Source: Chiloscyllium plagiosum
Taxonomy: Eukaryota
Assembly (NCBI RefSeq): GCF_004010195.1
Contig: NC_057718.1
Coordinates: 29,755,279-29,791,678 of the forward strand
Length of the DNA stretch: 36,400 nucleotides
Direction of reading: 5' to 3'
Each line of letters starts with the position of its first letter. Positions within the stretch are counted from its first letter, which is position 1. The translations under genes and the position numbers were made by a program. The notes beneath the pieces were generated by a model. The model was not told where the DNA came from. It saw only the letters and a program-made list of their open reading frames with translations, and searched no databases. Below are positions 23,919-35,308 of the stretch, piece after piece.

Positions 23919-24243
23919 GGGTGGCACGGTGGCACAGTGGTTAGCACTGCTGCCTCGCAGCGCCAGAGACCCGGGTTAAATTCCTGTCTCAGGCGACTCT
24001 CTGTGTGGAGTTTGCACGTTCTCCCCGTGTCTGCGTGGGTTTCCTCCGGGTGCTCCAGTTTCCTCCCACAGTCCAAAGATGTGCAGGGTCAGGTGAATTG
24101 GCCATGCTAAATTGCCCGTAGTGTTAGGTGAAGGGGTGAAATGTAGGGGAATGGGTCTGGGTGGGTTGCGCTTTGGTGGGTCGGTATGGACTTGTTGGGC
24201 CGAAGGGCCTGTTTCCACACTGTAAGTAATCTAATCTAATCTA
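23919..24243 (+). mobile_element. Full-length HE1-type SINE
   Basis: Closely similar to 22361-22695; (TAATC)n tail. Confidence 0.92.
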
Positions 24244-25718
24244 GAGTGGTAAGGGTGTGGAATGCCCTGCCTGCCAATGTCGTTAACTCAGCCACATTAG
24301 GGAGATTTAAACAATCCTTGGATAAGCACATGGCTGATGATGGGATAGTGTAGGGGGACGAGCTGAGAATAGCTCACAGGTCGGCGCAACATCGAGGGCC
24401 GAAGGGCCTGTTCTGCACTGTATTGTTCTATGTTCTATGTTCCCACTTCTGACTTTGACTGGCCCTATTCCTACCCTAATCATCCTTTTATTCCTCACAT
24501 ACCACAGGAAGCTTTAGGGTTCTCCTTTATTCTGATCTGTAACTCTCCATCGCCTCATCTGAACCATCTTGCCTCATCAACACATAAGCCTCTTTCTTCC
24601 GCTTAACAAGAGATGCAATTTCTGTAGTAATCCATGGTTCCCTTACCTTATCACTTACTCCCTGCCTGACAGGGACATACCTATCAAGGACACGCAATAT
24701 CTGTTCCTTAAACCAGCTCCACATTTCCATTGTCTGCAACCCCGCATTTTGCTACCCCATTCTATGCATCCTAAGTCTTGCCAAATCGCATTATAATTGC
24801 CCTTGCTCCATTGATAACTCTTGATCTGTGGCATGTACCGATCCCTTTCCATTGGTAAACTAAACGTAACTGAATTATGGTCACTCTCTCCAAAGTGCTC
24901 ACCTACAACTAAGTCAAACACCTGGCCTGGTTCATTACCAAGCACCAGATCCAGTGTGCCCTCCCCTCTTGTCGGCTGGAATACTGGAAGCCTTAAACAA
25001 CATTAAGGTAGATAAATCCCCAGGACCTGAAGAAGTCTATCCCAGTGAGGAAATTGTCAGGCCCCTGGTGGAGATATTTATATCATCGACAGCCACAGGT
25101 GAAGTGCCTGAAGATTACAGGGTGGCTAATGTTGTGCCATTGTTTGGGAAAGGCTGCAGGGAAATGCTTAGGACCTACAGACCAGTGAGCCTCACATCTG
25201 TGGTGGGAAAACTGTTAGAGGAGATTCTGAGAGATCGGATCTACAGGCAATTGGAGAGGCAAGGACTCATTTGGGATCGTCAGTATGGCTTTGTGCATGG
25301 GAAATCATGGCTCATGAATTTGATTGAGGTTTTTGGAAGGGGTGACCGAGAAAGCAAGGACTCATTGGGATCGTCAGTATGGCTTTGTGCATGGGAAATC
25401 ATGGCTCATGAATTTGATTGAGGTTTTTGGAAGGGGTGACCGAGAAAGGAGATGAGGGCAGCACAGTAGACATTGTCTACATGGACTTTAGTGATGCCTT
25501 TGACAAGGTATGTATTATAGGCTGTTGAGGAAGGTGAAATCTTATGGCATCCAGGGAGCTAGCCTATTGGATACAAAATTGGTTTGATGGTAGAAGACAG
25601 AGGGTGGTGGTAGAGGCTGTTTTTGAGACTGGAGGCTGTGACCAGTGGTGTACCACAGGGGTCAGTGCTGGGTCCACAGTTATTCATCTTTTATATAAAT
25701 GATTTGGATGAGAATTTA
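24244..25718. mobile_element. Mosaic of CR1 pieces: 3' end (+, to ~24440), post-endonuclease region (-, to ~24975), RT (+, to the gap)
   Basis: GEHFGESDHN on minus; [31 protein letters not shown] on plus. Confidence 0.85.
25259..25448. repeat. ~95-bp near-exact tandem duplication within CR1 RT
   Basis: gcaaggactcatt(t)gggatcgtc...gtgaccgagaaag starts at 25259 and again at 25354. Confidence 0.92.
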
Positions 25719-26353
25719 NNNNNNNNNNNNNNNNNNNNNNNNNNNNNNNNNNNNNNNNNNNNNNNNNNNNNNNNNNNNNNNNNNNNNNNNNNNNNNNNNN
25801 NNNNNNNNNNNNNNNNNNNNNNNNNNNNNNNNNNNNNNNNNNNNNNNNNNNNNNNNNNNNNNNNNNNNNNNNNNNNNNNNNNNNNNNNNNNNNNNNNNNN
25901 NNNNNNNNNNNNNNNNNNNNNNNNNNNNNNNNNNNNNNNNNNNNNNNNNNNNNNNNNNNNNNNNNNNNNNNNNNNNNNNNNNNNNNNNNNNNNNNNNNNN
26001 NNNNNNNNNNNNNNNNNNNNNNNNNNNNNNNNNNNNNNNNNNNNNNNNNNNNNNNNNNNNNNNNNNNNNNNNNNNNNNNNNNNNNNNNNNNNNNNNNNNN
26101 NNNNNNNNNNNNNNNNNNNNNNNNNNNNNNNNNNNNNNNNNNNNNNNNNNNNNNNNNNNNNNNNNNNNNNNNNNNNNNNNNNNNNNNNNNNNNNNNNNNN
26201 NNNNNNNNNNNNNNNNNNNNNNNNNNNNNNNNNNNNNNNNNNNNNNNNNNNNNNNNNNNNNNNNNNNNNNNNNNNNNNNNNNNNNNNNNNNNNNNNNNNN
26301 NNNNNNNNNNNNNNNNNNNNNNNNNNNNNNNNNNNNNNNNNNNNNNNNNNNNN
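25719..26353. other. Assembly gap (635 N)
   Basis: Run of N. Confidence 1.
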
Positions 26354-26492
26354 CCCTCCTCTAGCTTATCTCTCCACACTTCAGGCTCACTGCCTTTACT
26401 CCTGATGAAGGGCTTTTGCCCGAAACGTCGATTTCAAAGTTCCTTGGATGCTGCCTGAACTGCTGTGCTCTTCCAGCACGACTAATCCAGAT
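26354..26492 (+). mobile_element. Penelope-like 3' terminus, same subfamily as 17744-17946
   Basis: tcgatttcaaagttccttggatgctgcctgaactgctgtgctcttccagcacgactaatccaga is nearly identical to 17865-17928. Confidence 0.9.
26398..26433 (+). ncRNA. Minimal type I hammerhead ribozyme motif (Penelope-associated), core intact
   Basis: CTGATGA (26402-26408)-A-GGGC-TTTT-GCCC-GAAA-CGTC; palindromic ACGT in place of helix III; predicted GUC cleavage after 26429. Confidence 0.75.
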
Positions 26493-27429
26493 TCAGATAT
26501 TGATGAGTCCATGTAATTGCTACATCCAGCCAATAGATCTGACCTCACCGATGGTCAAGACTTCTTTTGTTCTGAGTTCTTCATCTGATGATCTGTCTGT
26601 GTTCAAGCATTGTTTTCCACATCACTTTGCTGCAAAATGATTGTTTTGTTTTTCTACACTCATTGCACATTTTTCTAAAAGCCAGAACCTTTTCAAAATT
26701 TATTGTTTTGCAGATTGTGTGTATCGCTGGCTAGGCCAGCACTGTGTTGCATATTTCGAATTTCCTTAAGAAACTGGAAGTGAGTTTTATGTTCCTTCCT
26801 ACTTTCCAGCACTCTTACAGATTTCCTCCAGTGTTGATACAAAGTTTGCCTTCCGTACCTTGGGGTTTTCTTGACTTTGTGTTTTACACTCACATTCTGT
26901 CCCTTCAATCAGATGGGTTTGAGTTGTTCCACATCCTTTCAGTCAAATGATAAGTATTATCTGTCATCAACACCATTTGAATAGGCTCCCAATGTCATTT
27001 CTCTTGTTTCCTCAAAGTCACAATTCCAAACCTAACTCAGACTCTGGGTATCTCTTCTGTTGGGGTAGAGGTGAACATATGGCCTTCAGCCAGTGCTGTC
27101 CATTACTGTCTTTTCATTTCCCCAGTATTCTATATCCTCGTATTGAACTTAATTAACTCAAAAAAACAACGTTCTTGGTGTGATTGCTAGGACAACAACA
27201 ACTTATCCACTTTCTTTTCTCTTCCCAGCTACATATAAATTACAACCCAAAAATGAAAATAAAATAAAACACTATTGAATGATGGAATAAATAGTTAGTT
27301 TTCATTTGATCATATATGTTTAATAATCTGGCACTATTTTCAAATGAGTTGAATAATTTGCCGAACTCTTTTGGGATCCTTGGGGACCATTGGGTTTGTG
27401 GAAACCTTGGTTGAAAAACACTGATATAG

Positions 27430-29690
27430 AACTACTAGCAATAACAATGCATTTTTATGCAGCACATTTAACATAATAAAACATTCCATGGCATTCGACA
27501 GGAACAGGACAGAACAACATATGACATTGAGCCATATAGAAAATGTGATGGCCAAAGATCTTGTTCAAAGAGGTAGATTTAATGCAGAATTTGGATGTAG
27601 GTTTGCTCACTGAGCTTGGAGGTTCATTTCCAGATGTTTCGTTACCTTACTAGGTAACATTTTCAGTGGGCCTCATGCGAAACAATGCTGAAAATACCCG
27701 CTTTCTATTTATATGTTTGGGTTTCTTTGGATTGGTGATATCATTTCCTGTGGTGAAGTCACTTCCTGTTCTTTTTCTTAGGGAGCTACAAATCTTCTCA
27801 AAACTCGTTAATGCAGAATCTTAAAGGTGGAAAGCAACGTCGTAAAACAAAGACATTTATTGAGGGAATTCCAGGGCTTAGGATATCAGCGCCTGAAAGA
27901 ACAGGCACCCATGGTGGAGGGATTCAAATTGTGATAACTCAAATGACCAAAATTAGATGAGTGCACATATCTTGGATGGTTGTGGGGCTAGAAACATGTA
28001 TTTCTGGTATCTGGAGCAGTGAGATCAAGGAAGAATTTTAAAGCAATGGTGAGAGTTTTGAAATTATACCATAATAAAATGCTGCAATGTGCTTCAAAGG
28101 ATTGTTCTGAAAGCATAGTCATCAGGACATATAAAGCAACATTGGGTATGTGGTCAAACAGATACATCTTTAAAAAATGTCTGAAATAAAAGAAAACAAA
28201 CTGAGCAGTTTAGGGACAAATAATGGATCTTAGAAAATCAGGCACATCCAGCAATGGTGAAACAATTAAAATGGGATGCTCAAGAAACCAGAATTACATG
28301 AAGGCAGATATCATAGTGAATTGTAGAATGGAAGGAAGTCACAGAGACAGGAAATAGGAATGCTATTGAGGGATTTGAAAACAGGGAATACAATTCCAAA
28401 GTTGAGGTGCTGCTTAAATGGGAGCCAATGTAGGTCAATGAACACAGGGATGACTTATGAAAAGAATTCGCAGAAGTAAGGAGAATTTTGATAACTTCAA
28501 GTTTACTCAGGGTAGGAAGTGAAGGTTGACTTAATATGTGTTGAAATGGTCAAATCCAGAGGTAACAAAGACATAGTTGAACATTCAGCTTCAGATGGTG
28601 TGAAGCAAGAGCATGATTGAAAAATATTAGCAAGGTGAAAGTTGGTGATTTTAGTGACAATAGTGACTTGTAGTTCGTGACTCATCTCAGAAATAAATAT
28701 GACCCCAACATTTTGAACAGTCAGCTGCAGCCTCAGACAATTACCAGGGAGAGGGATAGAGTTGGTATCTACGGAACAGTGTTTTAACCAGGGGATGAAC
28801 ATAATACCTACAGATTTAAAAAATATTTAATTTAAGGAATGCCTGCCGACTCATTTTATACTGGACATGAGACAAGCATCTGATAATTTCACAATGGTGG
28901 AGGAGAGACATGGGTGGTGAGATGGAGCTGGGTGTCATGAGCACACATGTGAAAACATATTTCAGATGATATCGCTGAGGGGCAGAACATACATGAGAAA
29001 TATGAGGGACCAAAGATAGATCCTAAAGGGACGTCAGATGTAATGGGATGGGAGCAAGAAGAGAACAAAAATGAAGATTATATTCTGACTCTAATTTGAT
29101 ATACAGGAATGAAATCAGGTGAGTGTAGGCCCATTCAACTGGAAATAAAGGAGCATAAAAGTTGCTGTGGTAAACCAAATTAGAATTTATAGACAGGTCA
29201 AGAAGGACGATAAAGGATACTTTGCATTTGTCACAATCACGTGATGTAATTTGTGACTTTGAGAAGAGCTATTTTAGTTCTGTGACAAGGGAAAAAGCCT
29301 ATTGAGAGGGATTCAAAAATGGAGTTCTAGGAAAGATGTGCAGATTTGGGAGGGGAAAAGATATTCAAGGATTTTGGAAAGGAAAGGGAGATTTGAGAAG
29401 AAGTAGCAATTTGTAAGGACAATGATCTTAAGGATTGATTTTATTTTGGAAGAAATTGTAACAGCAGAATTAAAATAGAGTCGGACAGAATTTGAAGAAG
29501 ACAATTTGAGTGTTCACATTTTAGTGGGAATAGAGTCAACAGAACAGGAAGTGGGTGTTATACATAATCTTGTTGAGGATCTAAGGGGAAATAGGAGAGT
29601 GCATTGAGAAAGAGGTGAGTTTTGATCTCGGGCATGGGACAACTTAGATAAATTTGACTCAGTTAGCGAGTGCAAATGAGGAGAAGTAAT
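27430..29690 (-). mobile_element. Old L2-type LINE remnants (probably two copies)
   Basis: SNLPFLSKILE in ORF 29313-29504(-); purine-rich plus strand; L2-like 3' ends near 27440 and 28070. Confidence 0.65.
27591..27807. mobile_element. Penelope-like insertion with 12-bp TSD and hammerhead motif on the minus strand
   Basis: ttaatgcagaat at 27579-27590 and 27808-27819; reverse complement of 27630-27669 = cca-CTGAAAA-T-GTTACC-TAGTAA-GGTAAC-GAAA-CATC-tgg. Confidence 0.8.
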
Positions 29691-30789
29691 TGAGGCAGTA
29701 TTACTTTTGCATTCCAGGATGATTCTGGAAAAGTTAATGTTTGTGAGCAGGACAGCAGTATTGAGAAAATCTTATCGTTATCTGCTCTATTTTATCGGTC
29801 ATCACTCACTGCCCAGTCTGATTACATGGAATCAACTTCACTTTTTTTTTGCTGTGAGACATATCAACACCTATACTCAATATAACTTTTGATCAAGCTT
29901 CATTGTAAAGGAACAGTGTTTCAATGCTACCTTCACTTTCAGAGACCATATACATCATGGATTTTGAGAACCTGGGTCAATGAGCACCTCCTGTGTAAGC
30001 AGTTTAGTTTTTTTGCATAATTAAACAAAAAACACCATGGGTCCTTGAGATACAACAAAACAATGAAAGTCATTTAAAAAAATACTTGCTGCCATGTGCC
30101 AGACTTACTTTAATTGGAAGGCATAACTCTGAGTTGTTATTAAGCGACATTTCACTTATATACTTTCATATAGTTTTAGGAATTGCAAGTGATGTGCTGT
30201 TTATTGGATCACAGAGAACAAGTATAAATGAATCATCGGATATAATTTATCCATAATGGTTACTCAAATGTTATGCATCTGCATGAGATGTGCAGCTCAT
30301 GTCACATACGACCAGCTAGAAGAACAGTGAATCTGGGAGTGACTGAAGTATGTATGAATATATCTGATGGGTTGAGGCAGGGATGATGAATCATAGATAG
30401 ATGCTCAGACAGAAGTGGAATTGGGCATTCTCAATAAGATACCAAGACACATTTAACTGATTTGTTTCAGATGAAACAAAACTATGAAGCAAAAGAAAAT
30501 GCTTGACTTTTTACCACTGAACAGTAATTACTTTGCTGTTGTATGTGTATTCTGATTGGCTGCTATTTTCTATCCTTCGTTAGTAACTGCAGAATTGTAA
30601 TCTTCAGCAACTTGAACAAAGTGATAAGTATATTGTGTCTTGTACTAACCCAGGTGGACCAGAAGCTTTCATGTTTGATTCTTGGTTGTCTTGAGTTAGT
30701 GAAGCTCAACCAGACAAAGGGTTTGGGTCTACACTTGTCTCCCAACTCTAGCTTAGGGTCCAGCACCAGAACTGAGGGATCTGTTTTCT

Positions 30790-31430
30790 TCGTTCGTGGG
30801 ATGAAGAAATTGCTGGCTATGCCGGTGTTTATTGCCTATCAATAATTACTCTGGAGAAAACGGTGGTGAACTGCCTTCTTGGATCACTTCATTCCTAGAT
30901 TAGATTAGGTTCCCTACAGTGTGGAAATAGGCCCTTCGGCCCAACAAGCCCACAGCGACCCTCCAAACAGTAACCCAGCCAGACCCATTTCCCTCTGACT
31001 AATGCACCTAACACTCTGGGCAGTTTAGCATGGCCAATTCACCTGACCTGCACATCTTTGCACTGTGGGAGGAAACCGACGCAGGGCGCCCGGAGAAAAC
31101 CCACGCAGAAACGGGGAGAATGTGCAAACTCCACACTGACTCAAGACAGGATGGTGTGTGACTTGGAGGGGAACCTGCAAATAGAAGTTTCCACGCATCT
31201 ACTGCCTTTGTTCTTCTTGATGGCAGAGTTCAAGATCTAGAAGGTGCTGCGGAAGAATGAGTTGGTGAGTTATTGCAGGTGCCTCTTTGAAATGATACAC
31301 ATTGTTGTCACTGCACATCAGTGCTAAAGAGATTGAATGTTACAGGAGGGGATTGAGGTGCCAATCAAGCAGGCTGCTTCGCTGTGAAAGCTTCTTGACT
31401 GTAGTTGGAGTTACGTTTATCCAGGTATGT
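30790..31430 (-). mobile_element. 3' part of the second LINE type, interrupted by an HE1 SINE
   Basis: Reverse complement is homologous to ~16340-16790. Confidence 0.6.
30895..31140 (-). mobile_element. 5'-truncated HE1-type SINE
   Basis: tagattagattag tail; aaacccacgcaga..cggggagaatgtgcaaactccacac. Confidence 0.88.
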
Positions 31431-31532
31431 GTTGCACTGAAGCTTAATGAAGCTTTGAATCAAACAAAAGGTGAACAGTCAAGGCTTAGGTTCTTGCCAT
31501 TATATGTCAAGGGACTGGAACTGCTGTAAAAT

Positions 31533-32032
31533 NNNNNNNNNNNNNNNNNNNNNNNNNNNNNNNNNNNNNNNNNNNNNNNNNNNNNNNNNNNNNNNNNNNN
31601 NNNNNNNNNNNNNNNNNNNNNNNNNNNNNNNNNNNNNNNNNNNNNNNNNNNNNNNNNNNNNNNNNNNNNNNNNNNNNNNNNNNNNNNNNNNNNNNNNNNN
31701 NNNNNNNNNNNNNNNNNNNNNNNNNNNNNNNNNNNNNNNNNNNNNNNNNNNNNNNNNNNNNNNNNNNNNNNNNNNNNNNNNNNNNNNNNNNNNNNNNNNN
31801 NNNNNNNNNNNNNNNNNNNNNNNNNNNNNNNNNNNNNNNNNNNNNNNNNNNNNNNNNNNNNNNNNNNNNNNNNNNNNNNNNNNNNNNNNNNNNNNNNNNN
31901 NNNNNNNNNNNNNNNNNNNNNNNNNNNNNNNNNNNNNNNNNNNNNNNNNNNNNNNNNNNNNNNNNNNNNNNNNNNNNNNNNNNNNNNNNNNNNNNNNNNN
32001 NNNNNNNNNNNNNNNNNNNNNNNNNNNNNNNN
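31533..32032. other. Assembly gap (500 N)
   Basis: Run of N. Confidence 1.
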
Positions 32033-33021
32033 TCTGATCAAGATCCCGTTGTAATCGGAGGTAACCTTCTTCACTGTCCACTACACCTCTAATGTTGACT
32101 GAACAAAATTATTGTTTTATCTTCTCAATGTTGAGAAGACAAATTCAATAGCGGTTGAGAAATTGACAAACAGTCATTTTGAACTGACCCAAGGAAGGAG
32201 AAACCTTTTTTACTCAGATGGTTGTGAATCCTTACAGTTCTCAGGCCAGTGAATATATATGAGACTGAGATTGGTAGACCTTTGAACCCTGGGGGAATTA
32301 AGGAACATGAGTATTGGGATGAAGCATGATTTCACTAATTGAGGAAGCAGGTACAACAGCCAAGGAGCCAACTCCTGCTCCTATTTCTTAGGTTTTGTAG
32401 GTCTTGCAAGAAATCAATTTTCAGTGGCACTGGACTTGTTGCCAGTGCTCCTTGGTAGACAAAACATTTATCCATTTAAATTTGCGACTGTTTTTTCCAT
32501 TTATTAAATAAACATTCTGTAGGTCATAAGATCTGGGAGCTCTCTCTTGATTTACAAGTGTCTTGTTATACTTTAAACAAAGGTAACATACTTACAAGAC
32601 TTGGTGGCAAATCTGACAACACAATATAATCAACTGATTCAAGGATAAAATAAATGAAAAACTACATGGTGAAGGAATGGTTCTTTTTGAAAACGAATAG
32701 AACCAGCATTCAGATTCTGACAACAAAAAGGTAGAAGTAAACTAACCATGATTATCTTCTCCAGTTATTTCAAAAACCTTAATTAAAGAACATACTTTCT
32801 GGGATTACTTTTGCTGAATACATATTTTGTCAAAATAGAGAAGACATGACATATTTTTCCAATTATCGAGATATTCAACATTTTGGAAAACCAAAGCATT
32901 AAAATAATTATTTCGTGCTCTGCCAGAGGATAATGAAATTAAAAATGGAGATTAAATGACCAATTCTGTCTTTAAAAAATAGCAAAATTACTGCATTTCA
33001 CAATACACCAAACTGTCCTAC

Positions 33022-33139
33022 CTTCAACACGTGACTCCAGGTACTTATCCAGTTCAGCATCTTTCCTCACTGCCTCTTCTGAAACCTTGGGAGCATTAGG
33101 GAAACAGACCAATACAATGCTCATGTTGTCTCTACTTCC
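33022..33139 (-). CDS. PPM1B: Internal coding exon of protein phosphatase 2C (Mg2+/Mn2+-dependent 1B-like)
   Basis: 118 bp; acceptor cttacttgttcttatAG, donor AAG|GTAGGA; translates [39 protein letters not shown]. GSxDN is the last metal-binding PP2C motif. SIVLVCF and LESRVE favour PPM1B over PPM1A (SVILICF, LECRVE, from recall). Confidence 0.88.
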
Positions 33140-33367
33140 CTATAAGAACAAGTAAGTTGATTTATTAGTTATGCATTGATAACTATTGCAAGAATATTAC
33201 ACCACAGGGATTAGGGAACGGAACAGTTATATTCAAAAAAACTGGCTATACAACATAATGGAGTAATCCCAGAATTATCTCTGTCGTTTTCATTTTCACA
33301 TGCAACTGAAAGATAGAAACAGAGAAAAAGTAGCAAGTGTAGGCCTTTCAAGCCCGCTCATTATGAT

Positions 33368-33572
33368 CAGGCGACTGACTGTGTGGAGTTTGCACGTTCT
33401 CCCACGGTCCAAAGATGTGCAGGTTAGGTGAATTGGCCATGCTAAATTGCCCGTAGTGTTAGGTAAGGGGTAAATGTAGGGGTATGGGTGGGTTGCGCTT
33501 CGGCGGGTCGGTGTGGACTTGTTGGGCCGAAGGGCCTGTTTCCATACTGTAATATAATCTAATCTAATCTAA
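33368..33572 (+). mobile_element. 5'-truncated, internally deleted HE1-type SINE
   Basis: Matches 22431-22680 apart from a deletion between ctccc repeats; (TAATC)n tail. Confidence 0.9.
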
Positions 33573-34054
33573 AAAATAAACAACCTATTCCTGTTATTTC
33601 CCCACACCCTGTGACTGCTTTCGTGCCAAGGATGATATCCAACTCCTTGGAAGCATATTATTTTGGCTTCAACTGCTTTTTGTGGTGGCAATTCACAAAG
33701 GCTCACCACACTGTTGTGAAGAAATTTCTCATCTCCATCCTAAATAGTTTACCACATATCCTTAAACTGTGACCCCAAGTTCTGGACTCCCCCTGTCACT
33801 GAAAGCTTTCTTCCTGCATCTAACCTGCATCATCCTGATAGAATTCTATAGGTTCCTATGAGATTCCTCACCCCTCCCCATCATTCTTCTGAGTTCCACT
33901 GAATATCATCCTACCTGATTCAACCTCTCCTCCTAAGTCTGGCAAACTTTTGCTGGATTCTTTCTATAGCAAGAGTCCAGCAAATAACAAGACCCAAACA
34001 GTGCATAGTATTACAGGTGTAGTTTTACCAAGGTACTATACAATTGCAGTAAGA

Positions 34055-34455
34055 CAATGGAATTGAAGGCCAATAAACGCCTAGGCCCTAATAACCTACA
34101 TTCCAGAGGACTTAAGGAAGTAGCCCTAGAAATAGTGGATGTATCAGTGGTCATCTTCCAAGATTCTATTGAGTATGGATTATTAGGTAGCCTCCACTCT
34201 GTAGATAATTTAACTGCTTTATTTGAAAAGGGAGGCAGAGACAAAACAAGGAATTAAACAGCAGTCAGCCCGACATCAGCTGCAAGGCAAATGTTTGAGT
34301 CCATCATACAAGAATTAATAGTTTAGCACTTGGAAAACAGTGACAGGATCAGATAGAATCAGCATGGACTTATGAAAGGCAAATTATTCTTGACAAATCC
34401 ACTGGAATTCTTTGAGGATGTAACTGATAGAATTGATGAGGAAGAGCCAGTATTT
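34055..34455 (+). mobile_element. CR1 RT fragment in the opposite orientation to its host
   Basis: LKANKRLGPNNLHSRGLKEVALEIVD..IFQDS; QHGLMKGK..LEFFEDVTDRIDEEEPV. Confidence 0.8.
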
Positions 34456-34541
34456 GAATCTTCTTGCAACAAAGGCAAACATACCGTTTGCCTTCTTGAC
34501 CAGCTGATGCACCTGCAAGATTACCTTCAGTGACTCATGCA

Positions 34542-35308
34542 CAGAGAAATCTCGATTATCCGAACATCAATTATCTGAATATTGGATTATCCGAAGGAGA
34601 TCTCGAGGTCCTGATAGACACATTACATCACAGATGTGTTTCCAACACTGATTGCATATTTTGTTTACAGTGATTAAAATTGAACTTGGCTTAGTGAAAT
34701 GCTGCAAAGAACAGTCCTGGACTGGTGGGAGCCCAGGCACCATCTCCAAATGACTGACCTCCCACCCTCTCTCTCCCCACACACTTTCCCTGGAGTGCTA
34801 CACAGGTGTGTACCCGAACCCCCCTTCCCCAGATAATCTCTCCAACATTGTCCTGTATAGGGCAAAGGTGGAACTGTCAAAAGGTTGCAGTGAAAAGTTG
34901 TGTATTTGGCTGTGTGCGCGTGCTATTTGGAGACTCAATAACAATCCTCCCCGCTCACCCTCCCCCCAACCAAAAGGCAGCAGCAGCAGTCTTGTTATTG
35001 GTGTCCAGTCTGGCTGCCCCGGAGAGGGCGGGGGCGGGGGTGTTGGGCGGGGTTTGGGGGGCAGGCAGGAAGGTCGGGGGCAGCGTTGGATGGGGTTGGG
35101 GGTGGGGCAGGCGGGGACGGGGGTGCAGTGTTGGGGGCGGCGGGGGGCAGTGTTGGACGGGGTTTGGGGGGCAGACGGAGCTCGCGCATGGTGTGCTGCT
35201 GCCTAGTCTCCTGAACAGGGAGTGGACTTAACAGAAAACTCCAAGCTCCAAAGGAAAGGCATTGAATCAATTTACTGAATAATCAATTATCCGATCGAGG
35301 TTCCTCTG
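34542..35308. mobile_element. Non-autonomous Tc1/mariner (pogo/Tigger-like) MITE
   Basis: TIRs cagagaaatctcgat (34542) and atcgaggttcctctg (ends 35308) match at 13/15; TA on the right, CA on the left; repeated attatccga subterminal motifs; removing it rejoins the CR1 host. Confidence 0.8.

Noticed and set aside
27209..27270. Strong plus-strand splice acceptor (tttctttttctcttcccag) followed by AATAAA
   Set aside because: No upstream partner exon or coding signal; such tracts are common in AT-rich introns.
25623..32081. 188-260 aa ORFs full of X
   Set aside because: Artefacts of translating through the N-gaps.
34806..35270. Gly/Pro-rich ORFs
   Set aside because: Low-complexity translation of the G-rich MITE interior; no transposase motifs.
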